Source: Asterionella formosa (Eukaryota). From it: 34,285 nt of DNA. Shown piece by piece: positions 21,421-32,940 of this stretch. Each line of letters begins with the position of its first letter. Position 1 is the first letter of the stretch. Both the position numbers and the translations under genes were made by a program. The notes below the pieces were generated by a model that saw only the letters and a program-made list of their open reading frames with translations, searched no databases and was not told the origin of the DNA. The stretch covers positions 1-34,285 of the forward strand of contig NKIB01000251.1 of assembly GCA_002256025.1 (NCBI GenBank), in the 5' to 3' direction.

Positions 21421-22125
21421 ATGGCGAAATTTCCCTTTCATCGCTTTGTCTTCTTTCTCATTGTTATTTCAAAGGAATCATCGCTTGGATTTTATGCACG
21501 GAATCAACACGCGAGTTCGCCAAGATCTGAATATGCCCTGTCCACAAATATCTTTCTATCCGGAGGTGCAGCTTCCAATTCAGACACATTCAATCCTTCC
21601 TTCACGTTCCGAACCATGGAACTCACTAAGCCGATGGGTCTCCTCCTGGAGGAAGTAGATGAGAACAGTCCCCAAGGAGTTCAAGTAGCTGGAATGAGTT
21701 TTGGAGCCGCTCAAGCCTCTCGTGAGGAACAAGTGGATTTATGTATTGGGGACATCTTGACAATCATTGACAATCAGGACTGTTCGACATGGACATTTGA
21801 TAAAATCATGGAAGCCTTGGCAGAGGCGGAAAGTCCCGTTTGTCTACAGTTTAAACGAGACTCCGAAGCTGTTGCCGTGCGATTTTCACAAAATGGAGTT
21901 GCCGTTGCCGCAAAGCCTGGCACGCCATTTGGAATACTCGCAGCGCAAGCAAAGGTGCGAGTTCCATATTCTTGTAGGAATGGAGGATGTGGGACTTGCG
22001 AACAGATTCTGCTTATTCCAGGCCAAGGAGAGCCGAGATACATTCGACCGTGTGTAGCACGTGTGCCTAAAGGACAGGATAGGATGACTATCATTGCCAG
22101 CGACCGCTATGACCTAAATAATTAA
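21421..22125 (+). CDS. PDZ-domain + 2Fe-2S ferredoxin-domain protein, probably plastid-targeted
   Basis: Signal-peptide-like start ending SLG-FY followed by a Ser-rich segment. PDZ-like LTKPMGLLLEE...GDILTIIDNQD...FDKIMEAL. Fer2 motif VPYSCRNGGCGTC...RPC. The first ATG is at 21421 (the track starts at an upstream GTG). Confidence 0.85.
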   Translation: MAKFPFHRFVFFLIVISKESSLGFYARNQHASSPRSEYALSTNIFLSGGAASNSDTFNPSFTFRTMELTKPMGLLLEEVDENSPQGVQVAGMSFGAAQASREEQVDLCIGDILTIIDNQDCSTWTFDKIMEALAEAESPVCLQFKRDSEAVAVRFSQNGVAVAAKPGTPFGILAAQAKVRVPYSCRNGGCGTCEQILLIPGQGEPRYIRPCVARVPKGQDRMTIIASDRYDLNN

Positions 22126-22559
22126 GTCATAGCCCCTTAAAATGGAAGTTTTTCTATACCAAGGTTGAGTTGCTACTTTTGTGCGTGATGTTACTGTCAA
22201 GTCTCTCAGGTGAACGATGCAAAGTAAGTTTGCACATCATGAAGCAGTTCATTATAACTACTCCTTCTGTTATTTAAAGAAAGCAAGGTCTCTGCAGTTA
22301 ATTCTGTCTTGGGTATTGTAAAGGAATAGAAGCATTCATTAGTTTACACCATTATTTCTGTAAGGACCACCAAATATGCCATTCAATACTATTTATTGAT
22401 CACAATATTTGTAAAAGTTAGAAAATGAAGGATGAATGAATGAATTCTACTTTTATTGATCAAATCATCAATGTGATGTATTCATATAATATATTCTTGA
22501 TATATTCAATTATGAATTTTGATCATGGTGTCTACACGAAATAATTCATGTGATCCATT

Positions 22560-23960
22560 CAAAGTCAGCTAGGCTTATTTACTTGAAGTGTCTTCACGTA
22601 ATCCGCAGCTTAGATGTAAGGACATCTATACACACACACAATGGGAACAAACGACTGTTGATATACTGTTGAAGAAAGGAGCAATTAAATTGGGAGCTAT
22701 GTCCAGCCATCTAAGATGAGGAAAAGGTTAATTCCATCAGTGTGATCAAGCAATTATAGAGAACAAATTTCGGCTAACATTCTCACCAACACTTCTGCAT
22801 TAATGCTTCGTCCTGATTACGCACAGCAACATTAATCAGGCACATATTTTCCATATACGGAACACACAGTCTCTCGGGATATCGCTTTCCTATAGCATTT
22901 GTTTAGTTTGAAGTAGTCTTCATTGTCATGCCATTCCACAAAAGAGCAAGGTTCTGTACCCAACTAACAAGTTCAAGTTCTTTGGCAGCAAATATTAGAG
23001 CACAGATAACTGGAGCTCCTTTGGGAGCTGTGAATCCAAAGACTTTCAAATGATTATCTTTCATGTCATTTCATTTTTGTGGCCTTGCAGCTATACATAT
23101 CGCTTTCTCACCCCCTTCTGTCCATCTTTTTCTTGATTGATGTTACTTCCGACTACATCAGCAAATTTACGGTTGGTGGGATGCTTCAAGATGTACTTTG
23201 TTTTCATTCCTAGTGTATCTTCCTTATTTTCAACAACATCTCCTGATTCATTCAACCACACTTCTTCTTCATCGTCCCCAAATTTTCCACAATACCCATC
23301 ATGGCCATTTCCTAGTACAAATACTCAAAATTCCATAAGAATAAATACCAGTCAGCGCGCCTTCCCCCATCGAATTCAACACCCTTCTTTGCCTTGACAT
23401 GAAGCCAATTGCGACCCATGAATCCCCTTGGCCAGTACTCTGATCCCAATGGTTTAGACACTGTTGGGTCCTCGCTGAATGAAATTTTACCTGACACACC
23501 AAGTGAGTTAGCAAGTTTCAGCCCCTGCTGACATGTGGTAATTGGGACTCGCATTTTGAAGAATTGGTCAATCAGCATAATAATGTATGGCTCATCTTAG
23601 AACATTGGTGATGTCGAGGCTTCGCTGTTGCCTTTTGCCTTTTTCCCGAGATCACTCGCACTGTCTCTATCATGTTTATTTCAACTCCAGGAAGATTACC
23701 AATAGCCCCTTTTCTTTCTGAGCCTACACCACCATCTAAGTGATGGCTCTGTATGGGATCTTTCCATTATCATTGCTGGCGTTTATTGGTTCAAGTTCTG
23801 GAAAAATGCCAAGCATCTTGTATTGGATTACCACCTTCTGAGCGTAATGAAGTGCTTCAGTCACCTTCTTGATGTGAAAGTTACTTTTTCTTGTCATCTT
23901 CCGGCATGGTCGCTCATACTGGTTGGCATAATAAGTGTGTACTGCGTTTTCAAATTTTGA
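22560..23960 (-). mobile_element. Decayed DDE transposase remnant (pogo/Tc1-mariner-like)
   Basis: Broken frames give QGLKLANSL, YW.RGFMGRN, FADVVGSNINQEKDGQKGGEK, VFGFTAPKGAPVICALIFAAK, and a degenerate LDGHSS-like / VCI.V region. Many stops and frameshifts; ends not defined. Confidence 0.65.
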
Positions 23961-24409
23961 GGAATGCTGATGGATAGAACATAAATTGAAATCCCCAATC
24001 AGATATAGGTGCCCCCATATCATTTGCCATCTATGTACAAGTCAATAACAAGAAATATATATATTAAAAAAGTGGATCAGACAACAATAATCACTTTCGA
24101 AAAATTTGTATATGTCATTCTATATCATATAATGATGAGAATTAAAAATTTACCTTTATTTGTGTTCTCTTTGTTTTCTTGTATCGAGATGAACAACTGA
24201 CTTTGAATCTCAAACTAATAAAATATATGGCTAGCCTACTTTTCAGCAGGAGCAAGGAGCCACCAGCAGTGCTCTGAGAATTTTACATTTACCTAATTCT
24301 TGATAGCAAAAATTGTTCTTTCCGTTTTTAATGAGTTCTATATACGCAAGCATAAACTCGCAATTAGTAATTCAATTATTAGCATCTTAATAAATAAAAA
24401 TTATTTGTA

Positions 24410-24795
24410 GGGAATGGCTTACAGTAGTTCTTGGTTGAGCACGTTGCCTTTGATCTGAAGTTGTGTGGTTCGATTCCCGCAATATTTTGAGAAGCAATTT
24501 TTGGGTTTGACTCCCATAATCATCGCCATCCCGCACGGTCTTGCCTGGTGTGCAAGAAATAGTGGGTTTGTCCCCCTACAAGCAGCTTGTGCCGCCTTCC
24601 TAGGCAGGCAGTCGGAGTTTCCCCTACCACTGTGGCTAGGATGATCACCACTTGTGAAAGTTGGTTGGGGACTCACCTAGCTAACCCAACAAAACTAGGG
24701 AAGCACAGGTTTTTTCGGCAGGCAGCGTAATGAATACTTGCCTTGAAAAAAGGGGAGTAGGAATGGGCTGGTGTGTAAAACAGATTATCATTTCA
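24410..24795 (+). mobile_element. tRNA-headed SINE-like element, family A, copy 2
   Basis: Begins GGGAATGGCTT..TTGGTTGAGC (A-box-like); B-box GGTTCGATTCC at 24467-24477; ends AAAACAGATTATC. Confidence 0.8.
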
Positions 24796-25241
24796 TTTGG
24801 TACGTGTACATATCGCCAAATGCAATTTTATATCTGCTGGCCATTCAAAAATTTGCAGGAAACCGAATAAAGCATGTCACTATCAATATCACAACATGAC
24901 TAGAATCACAGTCACACTCTACAGTTGTTACATGTACATGGACCATACCACCGGATATTTCTTGGTTCCATTCATCAATATGAGCATACCATCATTTTCT
25001 TCCTTCCCATTATTGCCACTTCTAGCCAGGGTTGCACATTCCATAATTGAATGCAAGTTGCCATTGGTCTACATGGTTATATTCTTGTATGTATGTAGAG
25101 AATAGATTGTTGGGGGAAAATGGGTCCTCATGCATCTGCATTTTGCTCAAGAAGGCCATTAGTGAAAATCGAAAAAGCCAAAAAAATTTGAAACATGGTT
25201 GCCAATTATAAATTTATTGCATAAATATTATACATAGATCT

Positions 25242-25599
25242 AAAAGAGAATGGCTTGCGGTAATTGGTTGAGCATGTTGCCTTTGATCTGAAGTTGTGTG
25301 GTTCAATTCTCGCAATTTTTTAGAATCCCACACTCCTTACCATCCTGCACCATCTTGCCTGGCTGGTGTGCGAAAAATAGTGGGCTTGTCCCCTACAAGC
25401 AGCTCGTGCCACCTTCCTAGGTGGTTGGAGTTTCCCATAATGCTGCAGCTAAGATGATCACCTTTTGCAAAAGGTGGTTGGGGACTCACCTACACTAACA
25501 AAACTAGGGAAGCACAGGTCTTGTCAGCAGGTAGCACAATGAAACTTCTTGCCCTGAAAAAGGGGAGTACGAATGGGCTCCAAAACAGATTATCTTTTT
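25242..25599 (+). mobile_element. tRNA-headed SINE-like element, family A, copy 3, with target-site duplication
   Basis: Flanked by a perfect 11-bp direct repeat TACATAGATCT (25231-25241 and 25600-25610). Ends AAAACAGATTATC plus a T-run. Internal deletion between the two B-box-like motifs. Confidence 0.85.
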
Positions 25600-26170
25600 T
25601 ACATAGATCTGTAGCTAAAGTGATTGTGCACATTAGGGCAAGTGAGCGAGAGAAAATCGTAGGAGTCAAAATAGCCCTGGATACCGGAGAACATTTAAGA
25701 ATCGCTTCAACTACTATCCAGAGGGAGTACCGGTATGTACCTGGCTGTAACCATGTACCGGTGGTCTGATGAAGAGAACCTGGATCTTCTTCGATGCAGT
25801 CCAAGAACGTTCCAAAATGTTCTATGGTATTCTTTCGCACATACCGATATGCCGGTAATATACCCGGTATACAGTATGGATAATAGATCATTGTTGCCAT
25901 CATGAATCCTCCACCCCCAGTGGAATCTGTATACCAGGTACTAGATACCGGTGGTAGTATCTATTATCTACTATCTACCCCACTGTTGTACACCATTATT
26001 AGCGGGCGGGTACACAAAGGAAATCTATCAATGCAGATTTTTCATACTTACTTGTCACATTTTCAAGAATTGTTCCCTGATTTTGTCCTGGGTTACACTT
26101 TATCCCGCAGGCTAGCAAAACACAAAAAAATCGTCGACCTTCATCATATTCCTTGCTTTCTTCCAAAGCT

Positions 26171-26818
26171 ATGATTTCACCCACTACCGCTACTGCAGAT
26201 GCGAAGAGATGTCCATTTGCCTCGAATTCAGGGTATGCAACGGCAGACACCAGGCAAGATTGGTTGAAACACAAAGGCATCATCGCCGATGAGTCCATGT
26301 TATCCCTTGAAGCAGACTCGGACACTTCTAAGCCACTATACTTTTGGCAAATATATTCACTGTTAGGCCATCGACCTATCCTTCATATTGTTCGCGACTT
26401 TTACTTACGAGTTTTCGATGATAGTGATGACCCTGAATTCCGAATCACCTTCACTCGACTTGGAGGAGTGGAATACCATATCCAAAGGCAGGCAGCATAC
26501 TGGATCGACTCCATGGGTGGCGGACGATTCTATCATGGTGGAAATCATCGAATCCTGTTTCATCATACGTACAATGCTGAAAAAGTGATGAATGCAACAG
26601 GTGCAGCAAGATGGATGTTTCATATGCGGGGTGCAATAAATGCATTTGATTTTTCCAGATTTCAAGATGCTCGCATCAAACCGTGCATTGTTGATTTCCT
26701 CAAAGTTCGGATGATGAAGTATGCCTTCGAGCATGATTGGATTTTCGATGAGAGCGATTTTCTCCTTGAAGGCAATGTTGAAGTTCCCCTGGGACAGCCG
26801 ACGTCAAGAGCAACCTGA
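26171..26818 (+). CDS. Truncated (2/2) globin-like protein with an N-terminal extension
   Basis: IYSLLG..I..IVRDFYLRV (B9-B10 Phe-Tyr), EYHIQRQ (E helix), MGGGRFY (GG motif), ILFHH (candidate proximal His) and AARWMFHM (G8 Trp). First ATG at 26171. Confidence 0.78.
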   Translation: MISPTTATADAKRCPFASNSGYATADTRQDWLKHKGIIADESMLSLEADSDTSKPLYFWQIYSLLGHRPILHIVRDFYLRVFDDSDDPEFRITFTRLGGVEYHIQRQAAYWIDSMGGGRFYHGGNHRILFHHTYNAEKVMNATGAARWMFHMRGAINAFDFSRFQDARIKPCIVDFLKVRMMKYAFEHDWIFDESDFLLEGNVEVPLGQPTSRAT

Positions 26819-27185
26819 CTTGTCGTCGTGCGAGCAACAGGATTAGCTACTTGAAAAAATGATAAGCGACGGAAATGATACTTGGCAGGATTCAATTCAA
26901 TAAACCCTTGTACTTGCTTCATAAATTCTACGAAAAACCTAGTGTAAGCTATAATATACTATAAATCCAATTATAATGAGAACTTGAACATCCCGTTTAG
27001 ACTCTAGTATATTACCGACATACATCCAATTACTATTGATTAGAAATGGAAGCTCATTACGACCACACATTCCTACTCAAATCTCTGTGGTGTTTGCCAG
27101 GTCATTGGAATCCTTCTTCTCATCCATATTCCTCCTAATTTCCAGATGAAAGCAATATAATCAAGAGTTTACAACAGATTCTTAT

Positions 27186-27887
27186 TTATCTATTTATCCT
27201 CCTTTTGAGATTGAAAACCATTTTGGTGATCCGATAATTGTGTTTGAAGAATTGGTAGAAGTAGCTTTTCTTGTTGTGGAGTACATGAAGACAAGCAACG
27301 TCGCCATTGTGGCAGTATACTTCGCAATCTTCAATAACAGGAATTATCTGGGTGATTATTTCAAATGCCGATGGCTCATCACTATCTCCCACATCACATG
27401 ACAATCCGAAAAGGAAAATTCGTACTTCACAAACCATGCGAATGATGGGACAAAAAGTCGGTACAACTTCGAGTGTTTTGCTAAAATCATCATAACCAAT
27501 GAAAGAAATTTTGGAACAAAAATCTCTCTCTGTCTCTTTGATGTCCTTGAAAGTGAATTCGGACACTGTTGAGCGCCAAACCTCATGCACCATTGAGTTA
27601 CATGAGAGAAACGAAGCGTCGTCCTCATCGTCATTGTGATGAGACCAGTCACTTGTTTGTGCAATTATGAAATTATCTGTATCGCAGTCTATGTATTCAT
27701 CAAATGTAGCGTCGATGGATAGTGCAGAAACAGTTGAGAGGTCGTCATCAGAATGGACTCTACGGGGAAGTGCTTGAAACAATTTCATCACCTTGGTTCG
27801 TACTTTCTTAGTCACTGAGACAACGGCTTGATGGCGAAATGCTGTCATGTCGATAGCATAGGCGACGCCTAACGGTAGGAATAACAT
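27186..27887 (-). CDS. Hypothetical protein, acidic/Ser-rich, no recognised domain; start uncertain
   Basis: Open frame of more than 230 codons with gene-like composition. First ATG at 27887; alternative ATGs lie downstream. Confidence 0.5.
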   Translation of the reverse strand: MLFLPLGVAYAIDMTAFRHQAVVSVTKKVRTKVMKLFQALPRRVHSDDDLSTVSALSIDATFDEYIDCDTDNFIIAQTSDWSHHNDDEDDASFLSCNSMVHEVWRSTVSEFTFKDIKETERDFCSKISFIGYDDFSKTLEVVPTFCPIIRMVCEVRIFLFGLSCDVGDSDEPSAFEIITQIIPVIEDCEVYCHNGDVACLHVLHNKKSYFYQFFKHNYRITKMVFNLKRRINR

Positions 27888-28931
27888 GATTTTATAAGCT
27901 GCGGGCAACGAGTGACAAGTGGGGATACATCATTTCAGTCAGCTCCACGGCAATCCATCCGCTTCATAAAAATCATTAGTCAAGCAAAACAGTCAAGTAT
28001 TCTGAAAAACGTGGACCTTTATCGTTTCGATCATCACAGCATATCAACTTTTCTCTGACCAAAGCTGTAGTTTTACGGAAATGTACACCATTGAAAAGAA
28101 TATATTTTGTAATGAATATTGTAACGCAAACAGAGATACCGGTATATGTAACATGCCGATACAGTTGAAACACATAGAGATTCCTGATTCCTGATCAGGT
28201 TATGAGTGTCAATATATTTTCGCCTCTAGTGACCTGATTAGGAACATGTACCACAATCCACTAGATGATTGATTCAAGATTACATGGTTAAATATCGCGT
28301 GTAAAATGCCACAGTTGAGAGAGGAACTTTCAGGAGAAGTTCTCTCTAACCTGTTAATTGGACTCTAGAAGACGATCAGACCTAGAAGCCAAATCAATAA
28401 ATGATTGACTAGACAATTACAGATATGTCCGCAACATCAAGGAACATTAAAGAAGCAAACTAGATATGATCTAGTTATGATTAACAGGATCATTCTGTAA
28501 GCAGTCTTCGATCTAACAGCATCTGGCCTAAGTTGAGACAAGGCCAAGATTAAGACAAATGTGTATTTAGGAAGAGGATGTAGTTTATTCTCAGTTCAAG
28601 TTGGGAACACAAATGAACCTCACCTCCGAAGATCACCTCTATTTTGAAACATGCATGAGCTTGGGAGTTTCAAAATTATACATTCAAATTTACATTTACA
28701 TTAAGCTCACTCTTTTATAAAAACAATTATTAGCAAACAAAGTAAAACAAACAAATTGTCTAGAAAACTTATTCTAGCAAATTTTACTGCGTGAGAGCTA
28801 CAGATACGTAGCATCTACCAATTGATACTACCGGTAGTCCTATGCTTCATGAGTATCTATGTGGGGAGTATGTATTTACATAAAAGTTCCGCTGGCTCAC
28901 CGGTATTCATTTATAAATTATTTTAGCAATT

Positions 28932-30034
28932 CCCACTCCAGCTATTGTCTTGCCATTCGGGTACTTCTAAGTAAATTTTACGCTCTAAGTAATTTGTTAA
29001 GTAATTTTTATTCAGGGGCAATATGGGCCGGGGCACATCGAATTTCTCGGCATTAAAATTGCCGATTTTAGCATGACAGCCAGAATAATGGTAAAATACA
29101 TAGAAAGCGTACAACAAGCGTCAAACACACGAGAAAAATTGTAACATGCAACATCAATGAAAATTGAACATGATGTTTGGAGCAACCAAAGTATGAAATT
29201 GCTATATAATAAGTAGAATCAAATAGCAAATAGAAAAAATTGTTTTGGATTAGAAATGAATAGAAAAATAGGAGTTTCAATGGAGACGTATGTGTTGTGA
29301 CATTGTACTACTTACACAGGCAACATTGACTTTCCATTACCACACAATCAAAGACCGAAATAAGAAGAAAAAGCTCAACCCAATTGAAATCTGCATCGTG
29401 ATGTAACATAGATGATCTGGTTGCTGCAACCATTCACATCGCTGTAGTAGCCTGACACCAGTAGCAGTCATTCCTCCCACCAAACAACCCTGATCATTCC
29501 ATTCCATTCTGAGCGAGCGAGCATGATCGCCAGGCTGCTCCAGCACTATCGACACCCTCTAGCTGAGTATTAATGTAGCTTGTGATACGAACTCGAAGTA
29601 GAAATGTATCAAATCGCTTTAGTACAAGAAAAGCATTGCTTGGCGGCAATATTGACATCATGGTAAACGACTGCACACATCAAATACGATCAACAACAAT
29701 ATGTCGTCATAGAGTAGTCATCAAAAAATACTTGGTTCTTATGTAGATAGATACAATAGAAACAAAACGACAGTGCGTAACGACAAACAACGATGGAAGC
29801 AATCAAAACAGACCATGGAAGCAATCAAATCGGAAATTCGACAATTAGAATCTACAATCACATTCAGTGTTTTACTGTTGTACTCACCGATCCGCTTCAA
29901 CTAGCATACCAAGCAGCAGACGATGGGCTCATAAGAAAGTCGAAAGTTCCTGTTGCAAGCCCGAATTGAGCAACGGCAGGCAAGATAGAGTGAGAACTAT
30001 AATTGCGAGGACAAAATCAAGCATACGGTACTAC
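28932..30034 (-). repeat. Unclassified dispersed repeat, copy 2 (inverted relative to 6824-7972)
   Basis: The reverse complement aligns colinearly with 6824-7970, with many substitutions and small indels. Confidence 0.9.
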
Positions 30035-31647
30035 TACGTGAAATCAATCAATATGTGAAAGATACAATTTAACATTCTCGTCTCGTAAAGATAATACCGA
30101 GTCTACAGCAATAATATTATAACGTGCTCAAAGTAAGCGTTAAAGTTTAGCTTAAACCATGCATGGTTGTTTCTGGTGCCATGCACGTTTGTAGGCTACT
30201 AGATGACTGCTGGTGCTGGTAGAATATCCATTAAGCATCATCACATGCATGACCGGAGCAAAAACCGGCCACCAACATCAGATGTATCGAGATCATCATT
30301 TGTCCGACGAAATTATGGACGATGTGATTACATGAATCCCTCGAGAAGACAAGCAATCCAACAATCAACCGCATCCGTTAGACAACGAATCGCTACTGGC
30401 GTCATCACTGAACTGATTTCGCTTCAAACCGGTCATGATGGATGACGATCGGCATGGTGAAAGCAAGGTGAATTGCCGGAGTCCACTTTTCAGGCAATGA
30501 ACAAAAACGAGGTGAATTCTAGATATAATATAACCAAATCTGTAGATAATATATAATGGTTTCCTTAAGTAGAACCCTTGCCAATTTTTGCAATCCCAGA
30601 TATGGAAAACCAAGTGGCAATCGGCACAAATTGTAATGCCAAAATGCGAACATAGGAAAAATACAAAATGTATTTTAATAATGCGCAATGTTCTTGGACC
30701 CATTGCAAATTTCAATGTGAAGATAGAAAATATACAAAATATATTTTATATGATGGGCTATGGCAAGCTGAAATTGACATTTACACTCAATGAGTGGGCA
30801 GGGTAAGCGAATGGCGCAACAATAGCCAGTTTGTGAATTGCATCAACAATACCCTTCTTGGTGGCTACATGCCTTCTCGTACACATGTGTACTTGCAGGA
30901 ATGAGACTTTATTGCTCCGAAATGTGTATCTGTGTGTATTGCTATAGAAACAGCATTAAGAAATACTATTTTTATAAATTTGATACATGTGATGTAATTA
31001 AAAGCCCTGGCTCAATGACAGCAACTCTAGAAATAGAATAGTAAGAATGCGCTATAAAAAGATTAATAAAATATATTAATCAACAAAGACACTGTTTTCA
31101 CCCCTAATGCTAACAATGGCAAATATCAAAAACAATTATTATTGCAGCTCATGTAATTATGCTTTTCAACACTTGAAAACAGTAGCCACTATTTACAAGT
31201 TGCGCTTGATGTTGTTGGTGTTGCTATTTTTCATTGTGTCATTTGATTCTTCAGACAATGAAATTTACTCTATCCCTAGGAAACTGGATGACGAGTGGGT
31301 TGCAACTATCACTCCAGCTGATTACATCTGCTCATAAATGTAGAAACAAATTTTTATCTCTGCTCAGATCGCCCCTACAGTCAACAATCTACTCACTGAA
31401 TAGTGATGTAGTATACAGCATTGCAATTGTATTGAACAAGAAATAACAAAAATGTAATAGTTAAGTGTTCAGTTGTCTCTATTGTCCATTTATATCAAAA
31501 CTGTTGAAGTGAATGAATCAGTTTAGATTTCTGGTGAGATCTTGGCTTTTCAAAGAAACAAAAGTTTAACTTGGTAAGTGTTTTATCGAAGTTTGATGGA
31601 TTCCACCACACGTCCACTTGTAAAACAGCATCTCGCTTTAAAATGAT

Positions 31648-32940
31648 TTAGTTCTGCTGTGGCAATACATTGACAATCGCAGCGCTGCACTCCTTCTTGT
31701 GCTTGCTAGAATCATCCATCCCTTCATGATATGCAACATCCAAAGCACATTGAGTCAATGCTGGGTTCGACCGCAAGAGCTCGAATATGGTATTAACGTC
31801 CGAATTCTGACCTTCTGCTGCTAACAAAAATGGATAAAGCCTAGTTGCGGAGTCTTGCATCATGAGAGCATCTGGGTTTGCGTCCATGATCGCCTTGACA
31901 CCATTTCCCCATACTTTCCCAGATGCAATCGCCAGATGAAGTGGTAGTCGACCCTTGGGGTCAGGCGAAAAAGCAGGATCACCGGAAGCTGTGACTAAAA
32001 TTTCTATAACAGACGGCTGCAACGATGCTTCCTCCAAATAGTGATCGTCCTCATCTCCGTTCTCGTAGTTTTCGTCTCCGTGAATTCTGTCTTCCAACAA
32101 GTAGCCTTCATCTGACAAGTCGCGGACTTTGAAAATTGGCGCCATGGCAGCAATCAGTAAGGGCGTCAATTTTTGTTCGTCTAGCTCCTCCACTTGTTGA
32201 GGATGAACAATTGTGGCAATCTTGACAACTGCTCTAGGGCAGTCCACAGCGGAGGCAGCATGTACAGCACGAAATACAGTTCCTTCGTCCTGTTGCAACG
32301 AGCCCAAATATGCACACCGGAGCAACAATTCTGTTTTCTTCCAAGCTTCACCCAATTCTCCCGTTAAATCTGCCGCTCCCTTGACAGCATCAATAACATA
32401 ATCACCCAAAATCACAAAATATCTGACCCAGAGGCGCAACAGCGGTGTCAAGCCTTCATAATCTCGTTCCATGACAGCAGCAGGATTGGCTTTGAGCAAG
32501 ACTTCGAGTACTTCCATCGGAGCCCCGCAGCGACACGCGGCATGTAATGGCATATCGCCGTCGACATCCTGTCTCTTGCTCGCTTCGTGTCCCATACCGC
32601 TTTCAAGAAGCACCCTTACGACTTGAACACTCGCGTGTTGGCTGGAACACGTAATATGCAGCGGATTCATGTTCGACGTCCCAACCATGATACTGGCTTC
32701 AGGATAGGCGGACAAGAGCGCTTGAACGACGAAAGCTGGGGCGTCTTGATCACAAGCTACATGGAGCGCGGTCCGCCCTTGAAAATCAACGTTTCTTGCT
32801 TCCTCCGGGTTTGATTGGATCCGGGCCAACGTTCCTGTCCAGTCGTACCCTTGCACTAGCGTTAGTAGCACGGAGTCCTCGCCACCATCGTAGTCGTCCT
32901 CCTCGCGGTCGTATTGTTCGTAATCGTAACTGCTCGTCAT
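31648..32940 (-). CDS. Ankyrin-repeat protein
   Basis: Repeated GRTALHVAC, NMNPLHITC, GDMPLHAAC, GLTPLL, KLTPLLIAA and GRLPLHLAI. C-terminal LYPFLLAA..DVNTIFELLRSNP is a type common in diatom ankyrin proteins. First ATG at 32940. Confidence 0.92.
   Translation of the reverse strand: MTSSYDYEQYDREEDDYDGGEDSVLLTLVQGYDWTGTLARIQSNPEEARNVDFQGRTALHVACDQDAPAFVVQALLSAYPEASIMVGTSNMNPLHITCSSQHASVQVVRVLLESGMGHEASKRQDVDGDMPLHAACRCGAPMEVLEVLLKANPAAVMERDYEGLTPLLRLWVRYFVILGDYVIDAVKGAADLTGELGEAWKKTELLLRCAYLGSLQQDEGTVFRAVHAASAVDCPRAVVKIATIVHPQQVEELDEQKLTPLLIAAMAPIFKVRDLSDEGYLLEDRIHGDENYENGDEDDHYLEEASLQPSVIEILVTASGDPAFSPDPKGRLPLHLAIASGKVWGNGVKAIMDANPDALMMQDSATRLYPFLLAAEGQNSDVNTIFELLRSNPALTQCALDVAYHEGMDDSSKHKKECSAAIVNVLPQQN

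Noticed and set aside
25560..25600. RNase P/MRP RNA-like 3' motif (CAAAACAGATTA)
   Set aside because: No matching 5' conserved region (GGAAAGUC-like) to form P4 was found.
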